Assembly (NCBI GenBank): GCA_963721815.1
Contig: CAVRLO010000010.1
Span: forward strand, 278,257 to 342,256
DNA: 64,000 nucleotides
From: an uncultured Candidatus Rokubacteria bacterium
GTDB taxonomy: Bacteria; Methylomirabilota; Methylomirabilia; Rokubacteriales; CSP1-6
Direction: 5' to 3'
A model generated the notes under the pieces. The model was not told where the DNA came from and searched no databases. It saw nothing but the letters and a program-made list of their open reading frames with translations. This document shows positions 1 through 9,710 of this stretch, in pieces. The stretch's first letter is position 1. Every line of letters starts with the position of its first letter. The position numbers and the translations under genes were made by a program.

Positions 1-17
1 GGGCAAGCTCACCCCGG

Positions 18-989
18 TCAGCGAATCAGGTTCAGCGGCGGCTCCCCGCGTGCGGTTCGCTCGATGTTCTCGGCGATGAGCTTGGCGCGCGCCTCCAGCA
101 TGCCTTCGGTCCAGCCGGAGACGTGAGGGGTCATCAACACGTTGGCGAGCTCGTGGAACGGCCGGCGGGCCGGCAGGGTCGGTCCCGGCTCCTTCGGATA
201 TCGATACCAGACGTCGAGCGCGGCGCCGGCGATGCGTCCGTCGGCCAGCACGCGATAGAGCGCGTCCTCGTCGACGATCTCGGCGCGCGCCACGTTGACC
301 AGCCGGGCGGTCGGCTTCAGGAGGGCCAGCTCGCGCGCGCCGATGAGACCCCGCGTCTGGTCGCTGAGCGAGAGCGTGACGGCCAGATAGTCGGCCCGCC
401 GCAACACCTCGTCGAGCGCCTCCGGCCCGCCGAGGAGCGACAGGCCCTCCGCGCCGGCACGCGTCACGTCACGCCGGATCGCGCAGACCTCCATGTCGAA
501 CGCCCGGGCGCGCCGCGCCAGAGCCTGACCGATTCGGCCATAGCCGAGGATGCCGAGCGTCTTCCCCGCCAGCTCGGGCCACGCCGCCGGCGCCGGGCTC
601 GCCACGCCCCACTGGCTCACCCAGGTGCCGCGCCGGAGCGCCGGGTCGATCTGGCCGAAGCTCCGCGTCAGCGCGAGCATCGCGCCGATCACGTACTCGG
701 CGATGCCGACCTCGTGGCCGTAGGCGTTCGCGAGCGCGGCTCCCATCGGCAGCGCAGACCGGTCGATGCGATCGAGCCCCGCCCCGGGCACTTGAACGAG
801 CTTCAACCGCTTCGCGGACCCGGCCATCTCGCGATTGAACGCGAGGGTCACCAGCACGTCCACCTCGGAGAGCCGCGGGACGATCCCCGCCTCGTCGCCC
901 AGGATGACGGTGCACGGCGTCGACAGGCGCGCGCGCACCGAGGGCTCGAGCGTGGCCGAGAACGTTCCCGCGAACGCGACCTGGAGCAT
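18..989 (-). CDS. D-isomer-specific 2-hydroxyacid dehydrogenase (SerA/GhrB-like)
   Basis: GILGYGRIG Rossmann motif, LVNVARAEIVDE, AALDVW and TPHVSG catalytic motifs; GGAGG RBS upstream. Confidence 0.9.
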   Translation of the reverse strand: MLQVAFAGTFSATLEPSVRARLSTPCTVILGDEAGIVPRLSEVDVLVTLAFNREMAGSAKRLKLVQVPGAGLDRIDRSALPMGAALANAYGHEVGIAEYVIGAMLALTRSFGQIDPALRRGTWVSQWGVASPAPAAWPELAGKTLGILGYGRIGQALARRARAFDMEVCAIRRDVTRAGAEGLSLLGGPEALDEVLRRADYLAVTLSLSDQTRGLIGARELALLKPTARLVNVARAEIVDEDALYRVLADGRIAGAALDVWYRYPKEPGPTLPARRPFHELANVLMTPHVSGWTEGMLEARAKLIAENIERTARGEPPLNLIR

Positions 990-1037
990 GCATCGTCCTC
1001 CCGCACGGCATCGTCCTCCCGGGCGCCCGGAAGATCA

Positions 1038-1054
1038 ATGACCTCCGAGGTAAT
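1038..1054. promoter_or_regulatory. Palindromic operator, copy 1 (ATTACCTCGGAGGTCAT on minus strand)
   Basis: 16/17 match to copies at 5879 and 9841; overlaps TTGATC-N17-GACGAT putative promoter of the dehydrogenase. Confidence 0.75.
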
Positions 1055-1119
1055 GCGACCGACGCGCCGCCGGGCTCTTGTGTATCATTTTCGAAAATCG
1101 AGCGCGTCCCGGGGGTGCG

Positions 1120-1287
1120 GTGGTCGAGCACGAGCTGCTCACCTCGGCCGATTTCCGCGACTTCATGTTCACGAACGCGGTCCGCTTCTGGGGCGAGGTG
1201 AACCCGGACTTCTTCAAGGGGACCGTCGTCGAGAAGGCCGCGGCTCAGGAGCTCGCTCGGCCGGCGGCGGCGTCGGGCGGCCGCTGA
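1120..1287 (+). pseudogene. Orphan C-terminal fragment of an amidohydrolase-family protein
   Basis: VEHELLTSADFRDFMFTNAVRFWGEVNPDFFKGTVVE resembles the C-terminus of Amidohydro_2-type proteins; no upstream body present. Confidence 0.55.
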
Positions 1288-1308
1288 GGGGTTCCGCCGA
1301 GACGGCGC

Positions 1309-2349
1309 TCAGGCCGGCGCCAGCCCCCGAGCGAGATCCATGAGCCGGCCGAGCGTCGACACGCGCGTGTCGAGATCGTCCGCGGCGGGCTCGACCCTCA
1401 ACGTCGTGACGCCGGCGGCGCGGTATTTCGCGAGCCGCTCGCGGACCATCTTCTCGGTGCCCAGGAGGTTCGTCTTCAGCACCAGGTCGTCGGGCACGCG
1501 CGCGGCGGCCTCGTCTCGCTTGCCGTCGAGCCACAGCCGCTGCACCTCGATCGCCGCGTCGGCATAACCGGCACGCTTGTAGGCGTCGTTGTAGAAGTTG
1601 TGCCGCCGCGAGCCCATGGCGCCCAGCGAGAACGCGAGCCCGGCCTTGCGTGGCTCGATCAGGCGCTCGAGGTCGTCGCCGAACGCCACGACGCCGCCCG
1701 CCTGCAGGTCGAGTGCCTGCAGGGTGCGGCCGGCGCGCGCGGCGCCCGCGGCGATGTGGTCGAAGAACACGCGCGCGTGATCCGGCATGAACGACGTGCC
1801 GAGCCAGCCGTCGGCGATCTCCCCCGTCATCTCGAGGCTCTTCGGCGACAAGGTCGCGAGGTAGATCGGAATCGCGGGCTGCGGGCGGGCGGCCGACCGG
1901 AGTGCCTTGCCCTCGCCTCCCGGCAGCGGCAAGGTATACACGGACCCCGCATATTCCAGCCGCTCGCCCCGGACCGCGCGGCGGACGATCTCGGCCGTCT
2001 CGCGCATACGCTGGACCGGACGATCGAACGGGATGCCGTGCCAGCCTTCGATCACCTGGGGCCCGCTCACTCCGAGCCCGAGGCGAAACCGACCGCCGGT
2101 CATCGAGGCGAGGCTCATGGCCGTCATCGCGATCAGCGCCGGCGTGCGCGTGCCCGCCTGGATGATCCCCGAGCCCAGCTTGATCGTGGTCGTCTTCGCG
2201 GCCAGGAACGCCAGCGGCGTCACGGCGTCGTGTCCCCACGCCTCCGCCGACCACACGCAGTCGACGCCGAGCCGCTCGGCCTCGCCGACCCACGCGCTGG
2301 CCCGCGCCCAGTCGTCGTTGGCCAGGCGGAGCGAGATCGCGACCTTCAT
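1309..2349 (-). CDS. LLM-class (probably F420-dependent) oxidoreductase
   Basis: WSAEAWGHD, LGLGVSGPQVIEGWHG and GEIADGW motifs; ATG at 2349 overlaps the upstream stop. Confidence 0.88.
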   Translation of the reverse strand: MKVAISLRLANDDWARASAWVGEAERLGVDCVWSAEAWGHDAVTPLAFLAAKTTTIKLGSGIIQAGTRTPALIAMTAMSLASMTGGRFRLGLGVSGPQVIEGWHGIPFDRPVQRMRETAEIVRRAVRGERLEYAGSVYTLPLPGGEGKALRSAARPQPAIPIYLATLSPKSLEMTGEIADGWLGTSFMPDHARVFFDHIAAGAARAGRTLQALDLQAGGVVAFGDDLERLIEPRKAGLAFSLGAMGSRRHNFYNDAYKRAGYADAAIEVQRLWLDGKRDEAAARVPDDLVLKTNLLGTEKMVRERLAKYRAAGVTTLRVEPAADDLDTRVSTLGRLMDLARGLAPA

Positions 2350-2876
2350 CAGGCGCGCGAGCCCAGCGCCGCGGCGATCTTCTCGAGCTGACCCGCGTGA
2401 TCCAAGTCGTGGACGCGGATGAACAGGAGGGTCTCGCGCCAGTTGAGCAGGCCGAAGAACCCGTGGGAGATCGACTGCTCGAGCCGCGCGGCCGGGTCCG
2501 CGCGCAGGGCGCGATCGAACAGCTGCTCGCGATCCCGGTCGAGCATCGCGAGCCACTCCGCGGCGGTGTGGTTCGGCGCCGCCGGCCGCTCGGCGGCGTG
2601 GCGCCGCTCGCCCGGGGCAAGGCCGTCGAGCGCGCGCACGATCCCCTCGCCGAAGTGGCGCCCGGCGTCCACGACGTGGGCCATCACCTCGTTGGCGCTC
2701 CACTCACCCGGCGCGGGCGCCTGCGCGAACCCCGCGGCCGGGATCGCCATCGCCGCGGCGCGCAGGCGCTCCATCGCCTCTCGCACCTTGTCGACGATGG
2801 CTGCCGGCGTCAGCTTGGCGCCTTGCGCTTCCAGATAGCCGCGGATCCGCTTCTGCTCGTCTGTCATGGTGGTCAT
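2349..2876 (-). CDS. DinB/maleylpyruvate-isomerase-like (DinB_2) protein
   Basis: WSANEVMAHV and HDLDHAGQL metal-binding His pattern. Confidence 0.8.
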   Translation of the reverse strand: MTTMTDEQKRIRGYLEAQGAKLTPAAIVDKVREAMERLRAAAMAIPAAGFAQAPAPGEWSANEVMAHVVDAGRHFGEGIVRALDGLAPGERRHAAERPAAPNHTAAEWLAMLDRDREQLFDRALRADPAARLEQSISHGFFGLLNWRETLLFIRVHDLDHAGQLEKIAAALGSRA

Positions 2877-2884
2877 AGGGCTGG

Positions 2885-2914
2885 TTGTACCGCCGGGCGC
2901 ACCCGGCGCACAAG
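2885..2914 (-). repeat. 30-bp element duplicated at 9681-9710; promoter-like (TTGTGC-N18-TACAA)
   Basis: CTTGTGCGCCGGGTGCGCCCGGCGGTACAA vs CTTGTGCGCCGGGTGTGCACGGCGGTACAA, 28/30 identical. Confidence 0.7.
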
Positions 2915-2929
2915 TCGACCGCGATGGGG

Positions 2930-3931
2930 TCACGACGTCGAGTTGCGCCGGCCCCTGCGCACGCTGTCGAACGCCACGGCCACCACGATGAACGTGCCGA
3001 CGAAGGTGCCCTGCCAGAACGTGCTGATGCCGAGCAAGGTCAGGCTGTTACGAATGATCTCGATGAGCGCGGCGCCGACGACGGCGCCGAGGATCGTGCC
3101 ATGGCCTCCCGTCAAGTTCGCCCCGCCGATGACCGCCGCCGCGATCACGCTGAGCTCCATCGACTGGCCGAGATTGGTCGTCACGCCGCCGAGCCAGCTC
3201 GCCTCGAGGACGCCGGCCAGGCCGGCCATGAAGCCGGACAGCATGTAGATGCCGATCTTGATTCGCCTGACCGGGAGGCCGGTCAGGATCGCGGCGCGCT
3301 CGTTGCCGCCGACGGCCATGATCCTGGCACCCCAGCGCGTCCAGTTCAGCGCAAACCCAGTGGTCAGACAGCACGCCGCCAGCACCACGACCGGATTCGG
3401 AACGCCCAGGGTCGAGCCGCCACCCAGCCACAGGAAGAAATCATGGTCCGGACCGAATTGGTAGACCATCGTGTTCTGCGACGACACCATCGCCAGGCTG
3501 CGCGCGATCGACAGCATCCCAAGCGTGGCCACGAACGGCGGGATCCCGACGTAGGTGATCAGAGCGCCGTTGACCAGTCCAACCGCCAGCGCGGCGATGA
3601 GCCCGGCGGCGATGCCCACCCAGACGGAGGTCCCGGCGTGCAGCACGACGCCGGTGACCATCGCGGAAAGACAGAGGATCGAGCCGACCGACAGATCGAT
3701 GCCGCCGGTGATGATCACCGCCGTCATCCCGATCGCAACGATCGCCACGAAGGCGAAGTTACGGGTCACGTTGAACAGATTCTGCGGTGTGGCGAACGAC
3801 TCGGTCGCCAGCGACAGGACGACGGCGGCCAGCAGGGCGGCCGCCAGAACCCAGAACGCTTGCAGCCCGAGCACCCGCGCCAGTAGCCCGTGGCTCCGGG
3901 CCTCGATGGCGCGCTGAAGGTCGACCGACAC
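2930..3931 (-). CDS. Sugar ABC transporter permease (RbsC/CUT2 type)
   Basis: GGIDLSVG, PPFVATLG and ELSVIAAAVIGG motifs; hydrophobic. Confidence 0.93.
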   Translation of the reverse strand: MSVDLQRAIEARSHGLLARVLGLQAFWVLAAALLAAVVLSLATESFATPQNLFNVTRNFAFVAIVAIGMTAVIITGGIDLSVGSILCLSAMVTGVVLHAGTSVWVGIAAGLIAALAVGLVNGALITYVGIPPFVATLGMLSIARSLAMVSSQNTMVYQFGPDHDFFLWLGGGSTLGVPNPVVVLAACCLTTGFALNWTRWGARIMAVGGNERAAILTGLPVRRIKIGIYMLSGFMAGLAGVLEASWLGGVTTNLGQSMELSVIAAAVIGGANLTGGHGTILGAVVGAALIEIIRNSLTLLGISTFWQGTFVGTFIVVAVAFDSVRRGRRNSTS

Positions 3932-3933
3932 GC

Positions 3934-4674
3934 TCAGGCCTCCGCGATCGCGCCCGTGATGAGGCCGGTCACTTCCTCGGGGCTGGTCGATGCGATCGCC
4001 TTGTCGGCGACCTTCGCGCCGCGGCGCAGGACGATGATGCGATCGGCCACCGCGAACACGTCGGGCATGCGGTGGCTGATCAACACGACGGCGATGCCCT
4101 GATCGCGCAGCCGCCGTACCAGGCTCAGCACCTCGGCCACCTGGCGCACTGAGATCGCCGCCGTCGGCTCGTCCATGAGCACGATCCTCGGATCCGAGAG
4201 CCGCGTCCGGGCGATCGCAACGGCCTGACGCTGGCCGCCGGACATGTTGCGAACGACGTCTCGCGGCCGCGTCTCGGACTTCAGCTCCGTGAACAGCTCG
4301 GCGGCGCGCCGGCTCATCGCCGTGAAGTCGAGCACGCGCAGCGGGCCGATCCAGCGCGTGAGCTCGCGGCCCATGAAGATGTTGATGGAAGCCGGCAGGT
4401 TATCGCAGAGCGCCAGATCCTGGTAGACGATCTCGACGCCGCGCTCGCGGGCCTCCGCGGGCCGCGCGAACACGGCCGGCTTTCCGTCGACGAACAGCTT
4501 GCCGGCCGTGGGCGGATAGTTGCCGGCCACGATCTTGACCAGGGTGGATTTGCCGGCGCCGTTGTCGCCCATGAGCCCGACGACCTCGCCGGCCGAAATG
4601 GTCAACGAGACATCGTCGAGCGCGTGGATCGCGCCGAAGTGCTTCGAGATTCCCCGGCATTCCAGGATCGGCAT
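3934..4674 (-). CDS. Sugar ABC transporter ATP-binding protein (single domain)
   Basis: GDNGAGKST Walker A, MSGGQRQ signature, MDEPTA; GGAGGG RBS before ATG 4674. Confidence 0.93.
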   Translation of the reverse strand: MPILECRGISKHFGAIHALDDVSLTISAGEVVGLMGDNGAGKSTLVKIVAGNYPPTAGKLFVDGKPAVFARPAEARERGVEIVYQDLALCDNLPASINIFMGRELTRWIGPLRVLDFTAMSRRAAELFTELKSETRPRDVVRNMSGGQRQAVAIARTRLSDPRIVLMDEPTAAISVRQVAEVLSLVRRLRDQGIAVVLISHRMPDVFAVADRIIVLRRGAKVADKAIASTSPEEVTGLITGAIAEA

Positions 4675-4841
4675 CCAGTCCCTCCACCGCGCCGGCGACA
4701 ACGAAAGCCGCCGAATCGGTCGTCAGATGATAACGGAATGCCGGTCGTCTTGACCGTCGATCGGCGGCTTCGCTACACTCCGCGCCAGACTCGACCGCTC
4801 GACACGGGTGCGAGCCGCTACTCTCACAAGGGAGTGAGACC

Positions 4842-5828
4842 ATGACAACGCTCGTCGGGCTGGCCGTTGCATTCCTCCTGTCGGTCGTCGCGCAACCCGC
4901 ACACGCTCAGGACAAGACCCTGGCCATCGTGGTCAAGGGGCTCGACAATCCGTTCTTCGAGCAGATCAATCGCGGCTGTCAGAAGTGGAACGCCGAGAAC
5001 AAGGGCAAGGGCTACACCTGCCTCTACACCGGGCCGGCGTCCAGCGCCGACGAGGCCGGTGAGGTTCAGATCGTGGACGACCTCTTGACCAAGGGCGTTG
5101 CCGCGATCGCGATCTCGCCCTCCAACGCGCCGTTGATGGCGAATCTCCTGAAGAGGAAGGCGCCGAAGATTCCGGTGATGACGATCGATGCCGACCTCGC
5201 GAAGGAAGACGCCGGGCTGCGGAAGACCTACCTCGGGACCGACAACTACCTGATGGGCGTCAAGTTCGCCGAGTATCTCAAGAAGTTCAAGCCGAAGGGC
5301 GGGACCGTCTGTCTACAGCTCGGCAACGTGGCCGCGGACAACATCAATGCGCGCGCCGCCGGCACCCGCGACACCTTGGCGGGCGCCAAGGGAACCAAGC
5401 GGCTGACCGGCCAGAACGGCTGGACGGAAATCAACGGTTGCCCGGTCTTCACGAACGACCAGGCCGACCTCGCCAACCGGCAGATGGCCGACGTCTTCAC
5501 CGCCAATCCCAAGCTCGATGCGTTCGTACTGGAAGGCGGCTGGGCCCAGTTCGCGCCCCAGGCCTATTCGCAGGTCACCGGTCAGGTGATAGAGAAGCTG
5601 AAGAGCAAGGCGCTCGTGATCGTGGCCGGCGACACGTTGCCCCCGCAGCTGGAGGCGCTGAAGGCGGGGCGAAGCCATGTCCAGGTCGGGCAGCGCCCCT
5701 TCGAGATGGGCTATCGCGCGCCGTCCGTGATGATCGACCTGATCAACGGCAAGAAGGTCGAGCCGGTGATCTACACCGGCCTCGACGAGTGCACGCAGGA
5801 CAATCTCGCCACCTGCATCGCCAAATGA
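4842..5828 (+). CDS. Sugar ABC transporter substrate-binding protein (RbsB-like)
   Basis: Signal peptide AHA-Q; KGLDNPFF, GTDNY and GQRPFEMG motifs. Confidence 0.92.
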   Translation: MTTLVGLAVAFLLSVVAQPAHAQDKTLAIVVKGLDNPFFEQINRGCQKWNAENKGKGYTCLYTGPASSADEAGEVQIVDDLLTKGVAAIAISPSNAPLMANLLKRKAPKIPVMTIDADLAKEDAGLRKTYLGTDNYLMGVKFAEYLKKFKPKGGTVCLQLGNVAADNINARAAGTRDTLAGAKGTKRLTGQNGWTEINGCPVFTNDQADLANRQMADVFTANPKLDAFVLEGGWAQFAPQAYSQVTGQVIEKLKSKALVIVAGDTLPPQLEALKAGRSHVQVGQRPFEMGYRAPSVMIDLINGKKVEPVIYTGLDECTQDNLATCIAK

Positions 5829-5878
5829 CTCGCATTCGCCGCGATGAACGCCGGGCGGGCCCGGTTTGCGGTGCGGGA

Positions 5879-5895
5879 ATTACCTCGGAGGTAAT
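5879..5895. promoter_or_regulatory. Palindromic operator, copy 2 (ATTACCTCGGAGGTAAT), between convergent genes
   Basis: Identical to the copy at 9841-9857. Confidence 0.65.
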
Positions 5896-5918
5896 CACGT
5901 GGGCGGAGAGGTCTTCGT

Positions 5919-6854
5919 CTAGCGGCTCCGCAGCCGAGGATCCAGAAGGTCGCGCAATGCGTCGCCCAGCATGTTGAAAGCCAGCACCACGATGCTGATC
6001 GCCGCACCGGGAAAGATCGCCAGATGGAGCGCCGTCTCAAGATTCCGCCGACCCTCCCCGCTCAACATCGCGCCCCAGGTCGGAGTGGGCGGCGGCGTTC
6101 CCAGCCCGAGGAAGCTCAACGCGGCCTCGATGACGATGGCATTTCCCAGCCACACGGTCGCGATGACCAGAATCGGCGCGAACACATTCGGTAGCACGTG
6201 TCGCGCCACGATCCGAGCCGGCGAGGCCCCCAAGGCCTGCGCCGCATCGATGAACGTGTGCTGCTTGATCGCGAGCACGGTGCCCCGGACGACCCGCGAG
6301 GCTCCCGGCGCGATCACCAGCGCGATGACGAGAACGATGTTGGTAAGGCTCTGTCCCAGCACCGACATCACCGCCAGGGCCAACACGATCCCTGGAATCG
6401 CCATGGTTGTATCGACGCCCCGCTGAATGACCTGATCCAGCTTCCCCTCCCAGTACCCGGACACCAGCCCGACGACCGTGCCGAGCAGAGTCCCGATCAT
6501 CACCGACGCGAGCCCCACGACGAGCGATACCCGCGCCCCGTAGACGATCCGACTCAGAACATCCCGCCCGAGTGGATCCGTCCCCAACGGGAACGCGGCG
6601 GTGGGTGCCTGCATGCGAATCGGCAACCCGCGCTCGTTCAGATTGAACTCGTAGGGGTCCCGGGGCGCCAACACCGGAGCCAGAATCGCGACGACGACCA
6701 GCCCGAGGACGATCATCGCGCTCACCGCGCCGAGCGGCTTGCGCCGCGCGAGCAGCCACACCACGCCCCAGGCATGCCGCAGGGCGATGAGTGGCCCCAC
6801 CCCCCCAGGCGACACTTCGGGTGCCGCGTCAGCGGTAACGGATTCGCGGATCAA
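5919..6854 (-). CDS. Peptide/nickel ABC permease (DppC-like)
   Basis: LGTDPLGRDVLSRIVYGARVSL; EAALSFLGLG; start position uncertain. Confidence 0.93.
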   Translation of the reverse strand: MIRESVTADAAPEVSPGGVGPLIALRHAWGVVWLLARRKPLGAVSAMIVLGLVVVAILAPVLAPRDPYEFNLNERGLPIRMQAPTAAFPLGTDPLGRDVLSRIVYGARVSLVVGLASVMIGTLLGTVVGLVSGYWEGKLDQVIQRGVDTTMAIPGIVLALAVMSVLGQSLTNIVLVIALVIAPGASRVVRGTVLAIKQHTFIDAAQALGASPARIVARHVLPNVFAPILVIATVWLGNAIVIEAALSFLGLGTPPPTPTWGAMLSGEGRRNLETALHLAIFPGAAISIVVLAFNMLGDALRDLLDPRLRSR

Positions 6855-7779
6855 GCCAGGCGTAGCTCAGGTCGACGAGTAAGTTCGTCGCCACGATCAC
6901 CACGGCGAAGAAGAGCACGGCGCCCTGGATCAGGGTGTAGTCGCGCAGCAGAACGGCGTCGAGCATCAGGCTGCCGACGCCCGGCTGCAGGAAGATGAAC
7001 TCCACGATCACGGTGCCTCCGAGCAGCACCGAGAACTGCTGGCCGATGACGGTGATGACCGGGATGAATGCGTTCTTCAGCGCGTGCCGCACGATCACCG
7101 CGCGCTCGCGAGCGCCCTTGGCGCGCGCGGTGCGGATGTAATCCTGTCGCAGCACCTCGAGTAGCGACGAGCGTGTCATCCGCATCGACACCGCCGCCAG
7201 CCGCGCCCCGATGATGAGGGCTGGAATCAAGAGCTGGCCGAGGCAGCGCGCGGGATCCTCCCACAGCGGCGCGAAGCCGATGGGCGGGATCCACTGGACC
7301 CAGATCGCGAGGAACGTGATGATCACCGTGGCCAGCCAGAAGTCCGGAAGCGACAGGCCCAGGACGGCCAAGAAGCGGGCAATGTAGTCGCTCGCGGTGT
7401 CCTGTTTCACCGCGGAAAGCACGCCGACAGGGAGCGCGATGAGCATCGCCACGATGATCGACATCACGGCCAGATGGCACGTCAGGTTGATGCGCTTCAG
7501 AAGCTCCTGCGTCACGGGGCGGCGGGTGATCAGCGAACGGCCGAGGTCGCCCTGCACCGCGCTCGTGATCCAGCTGCGGTACTGGACGAGAAACGGGCGC
7601 TCGAGGCCCAGTTCCTGACGGGCCCGCGCCAGGATCTCGGGCGTGGGAGCGGCGGCCTGGTCGAGCTGCATGATGACGGCGTCGCCGGGCAGGATGCGCA
7701 CGAGCGAGAAGATCACGAGCGACACGAGCCACAACACCAGCAGTCCGTGCAGGAGGCGACGCACGACGTACATCCGCAT
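6829..7779 (-). CDS. Peptide/nickel ABC permease (DppB-like)
   Basis: GDLGRSL, DYIRTARAKG and DPRIRY motifs. Confidence 0.94.
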   Translation of the reverse strand: MRMYVVRRLLHGLLVLWLVSLVIFSLVRILPGDAVIMQLDQAAAPTPEILARARQELGLERPFLVQYRSWITSAVQGDLGRSLITRRPVTQELLKRINLTCHLAVMSIIVAMLIALPVGVLSAVKQDTASDYIARFLAVLGLSLPDFWLATVIITFLAIWVQWIPPIGFAPLWEDPARCLGQLLIPALIIGARLAAVSMRMTRSSLLEVLRQDYIRTARAKGARERAVIVRHALKNAFIPVITVIGQQFSVLLGGTVIVEFIFLQPGVGSLMLDAVLLRDYTLIQGAVLFFAVVIVATNLLVDLSYAWLDPRIRYR

Positions 7780-7786
7780 CGCTTGG

Positions 7787-9550
7787 TTACTGGGCGAACT
7801 TCTCGAACTTCCGGTTCGGCGCCTTCTCCGTCATCCAGGCGGTCTTGGCTTCATATGAACAGTACCCGGGGAACCAGCAATATGGGTTCGCGCCTGCGTG
7901 GACGTACGCGTGACCGATGCGGTAGTGTGGCGGCACGATCGTCGTGATGCGGTACACGTTCTTGCGCAGGTGATCCCAGATGGCTCGCTGGAGGGCCGGG
8001 CGCTTCTCCCCGGGATCCAGGCGCCACGTGCTGAGCAGATCATCCAGCTTCGGGTCGCTGATCCCTTCCCGGTTGATCGTCCGGGGGAACGACGAGTGGT
8101 AGCGCAAGTACACCCAGTCCATGAAGCTCGGCCCCGCGCCGATGGGACTGAAGGCGGCCAGCGTGTGCGCAAAGGGCTGGACGCCGGCGGCCTTGGCGAT
8201 CCAGGTCGACGTCTCGAGCTGCTTCAGCTTCACCCGGACGCCCACGTCGCCGAAGAATCGCGCGACGAGCTGAACGAATTCGTTGAAGGTCCAGCCCTGG
8301 AACTCGGCCCACTCCAGATCCATGTCGAAGCCCTTCGGATAGCCCGCCGCCGCCAGCAGCTCCTTGGCTTTCTTGACGTTGTGCTCATAGTTGGGGCCGA
8401 GGCTGGCGTACGTATAGTCCGCGCGCTTGGTGTAGCCGGCCAGGGCCCAAGGGAACGGACCATACAGTGCCGCATCGCCTCGGTTGATCACTTCGGCCAC
8501 GACCTCGCGGTTGATGGCCATCGAGAGGGCCTGTCGGACGCGCACGTCGCTGTAGGGCGCTTTGTCGAGCGCCATGCTCACCCCGTAATCGCCCCACCCG
8601 AACGATGGCACCCGGTAGAGCTGCATATCGGGTACGGTTTTCATCAGCGCATAGAGCACGTCCAGGGTAGAGACCCGCATCAGGTCCAGCTGCCGAGTAC
8701 GGAACAGCGCTGTGTCCGTGGCGGGATCCTTGGTGAAGAACAAACGGACCGCATCGACGTAAGGCAGTTGCCGCCCGTCCTTGTCTTTCAGGTAGTAGTC
8801 GGGATTGCGCACGAGCAACGCGCCCTCCCCGGGGGCAAACTCCTTCAGCATGAAGGCGCCGGTCCCGATGGGATTCTCGGCCAGACCGCCGGGCGCCTCG
8901 ACGGCCTCGCGGGGCACGATCACCGGCGACAACGAATCGACCACGTTGAGATAGAACTTCGGGTCGGGCATCGACAGCTCGAACTTGACGGTGTGCTTGT
9001 CGACGACCTGAATCGTTTTGACGAGAGCGGCGCGGGTGGAGTATTGCGCCTTGTCCTTCAGCAATTCATACGAGTACTTGACGTCCTCGGCGGTCATCTC
9101 TCGACCGTTGACCGGCGGCCGGTTGTGGAACTTCACGCCTTGCCGGAGCTTGAAGATCCACGTCGAGGGATTGACCATCTCCCAGCTCGTGGCCAGGGTC
9201 TTCCGAATCATCGGAGTTCGCTGGACCTCTGGGAAATACCAGGTCGCCTCCCACTCCGTGAGGGTGTCCCAGACCAGCGCAAGCTCCGGACGATAGCCCG
9301 CGGTGGGATCGAAGGCCCTGACGGTTGCGGGAAAGTGCAAAACGCCGCCGTAGCGGGGCGGAGAGGGTGGGACGGGAGGCTGGACCGGGTACCGAGAGTC
9401 CAGCTCCTTGATGAAGGCCGGTGCGGCGTAGGCGAATCCTGGTGCATCGCCGGGTGTCGGCGACTTCTCCTGCGCCGCCGCCGCGGAGGGATACCAGGTG
9501 AGTACGATCAGGGCGATGTAGCACGCGAGGGACGACACGACCGTCTTCAT
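7787..9550 (-). CDS. Family-5 ABC substrate-binding protein (DppA-like)
   Basis: Signal peptide; FKLRQGVKFHN, TAEDVKYS, PIGTGAF and VRQALSMAINR motifs. Confidence 0.92.
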   Translation of the reverse strand: MKTVVSSLACYIALIVLTWYPSAAAAQEKSPTPGDAPGFAYAAPAFIKELDSRYPVQPPVPPSPPRYGGVLHFPATVRAFDPTAGYRPELALVWDTLTEWEATWYFPEVQRTPMIRKTLATSWEMVNPSTWIFKLRQGVKFHNRPPVNGREMTAEDVKYSYELLKDKAQYSTRAALVKTIQVVDKHTVKFELSMPDPKFYLNVVDSLSPVIVPREAVEAPGGLAENPIGTGAFMLKEFAPGEGALLVRNPDYYLKDKDGRQLPYVDAVRLFFTKDPATDTALFRTRQLDLMRVSTLDVLYALMKTVPDMQLYRVPSFGWGDYGVSMALDKAPYSDVRVRQALSMAINREVVAEVINRGDAALYGPFPWALAGYTKRADYTYASLGPNYEHNVKKAKELLAAAGYPKGFDMDLEWAEFQGWTFNEFVQLVARFFGDVGVRVKLKQLETSTWIAKAAGVQPFAHTLAAFSPIGAGPSFMDWVYLRYHSSFPRTINREGISDPKLDDLLSTWRLDPGEKRPALQRAIWDHLRKNVYRITTIVPPHYRIGHAYVHAGANPYCWFPGYCSYEAKTAWMTEKAPNRKFEKFAQ

Positions 9551-9680
9551 CTCTCTACTCCTTCTACGGAGTGAGGATCACGAAGGTCGCGAGCACCCCA
9601 CCCCGCGGCGCGAGAGCCGGACTGTCGAGAAGCGGCCCGATGCTACGTCGTCACGCGGGAGCGGTCAAGCCGAGGGGCGC

Positions 9681-9710
9681 CTTGTGCGCCGGGTGTGCAC
9701 GGCGGTACAA
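9681..9710 (+). repeat. Second copy of the 30-bp promoter-like element
   Basis: 28/30 identity to the reverse complement of 2885-2914. Confidence 0.7.

Noticed and set aside
990-1020. 13-bp tandem duplication GCATCGTCCTCCC
   Set aside because: Short local duplication of the RBS/-10 region; no further copies seen
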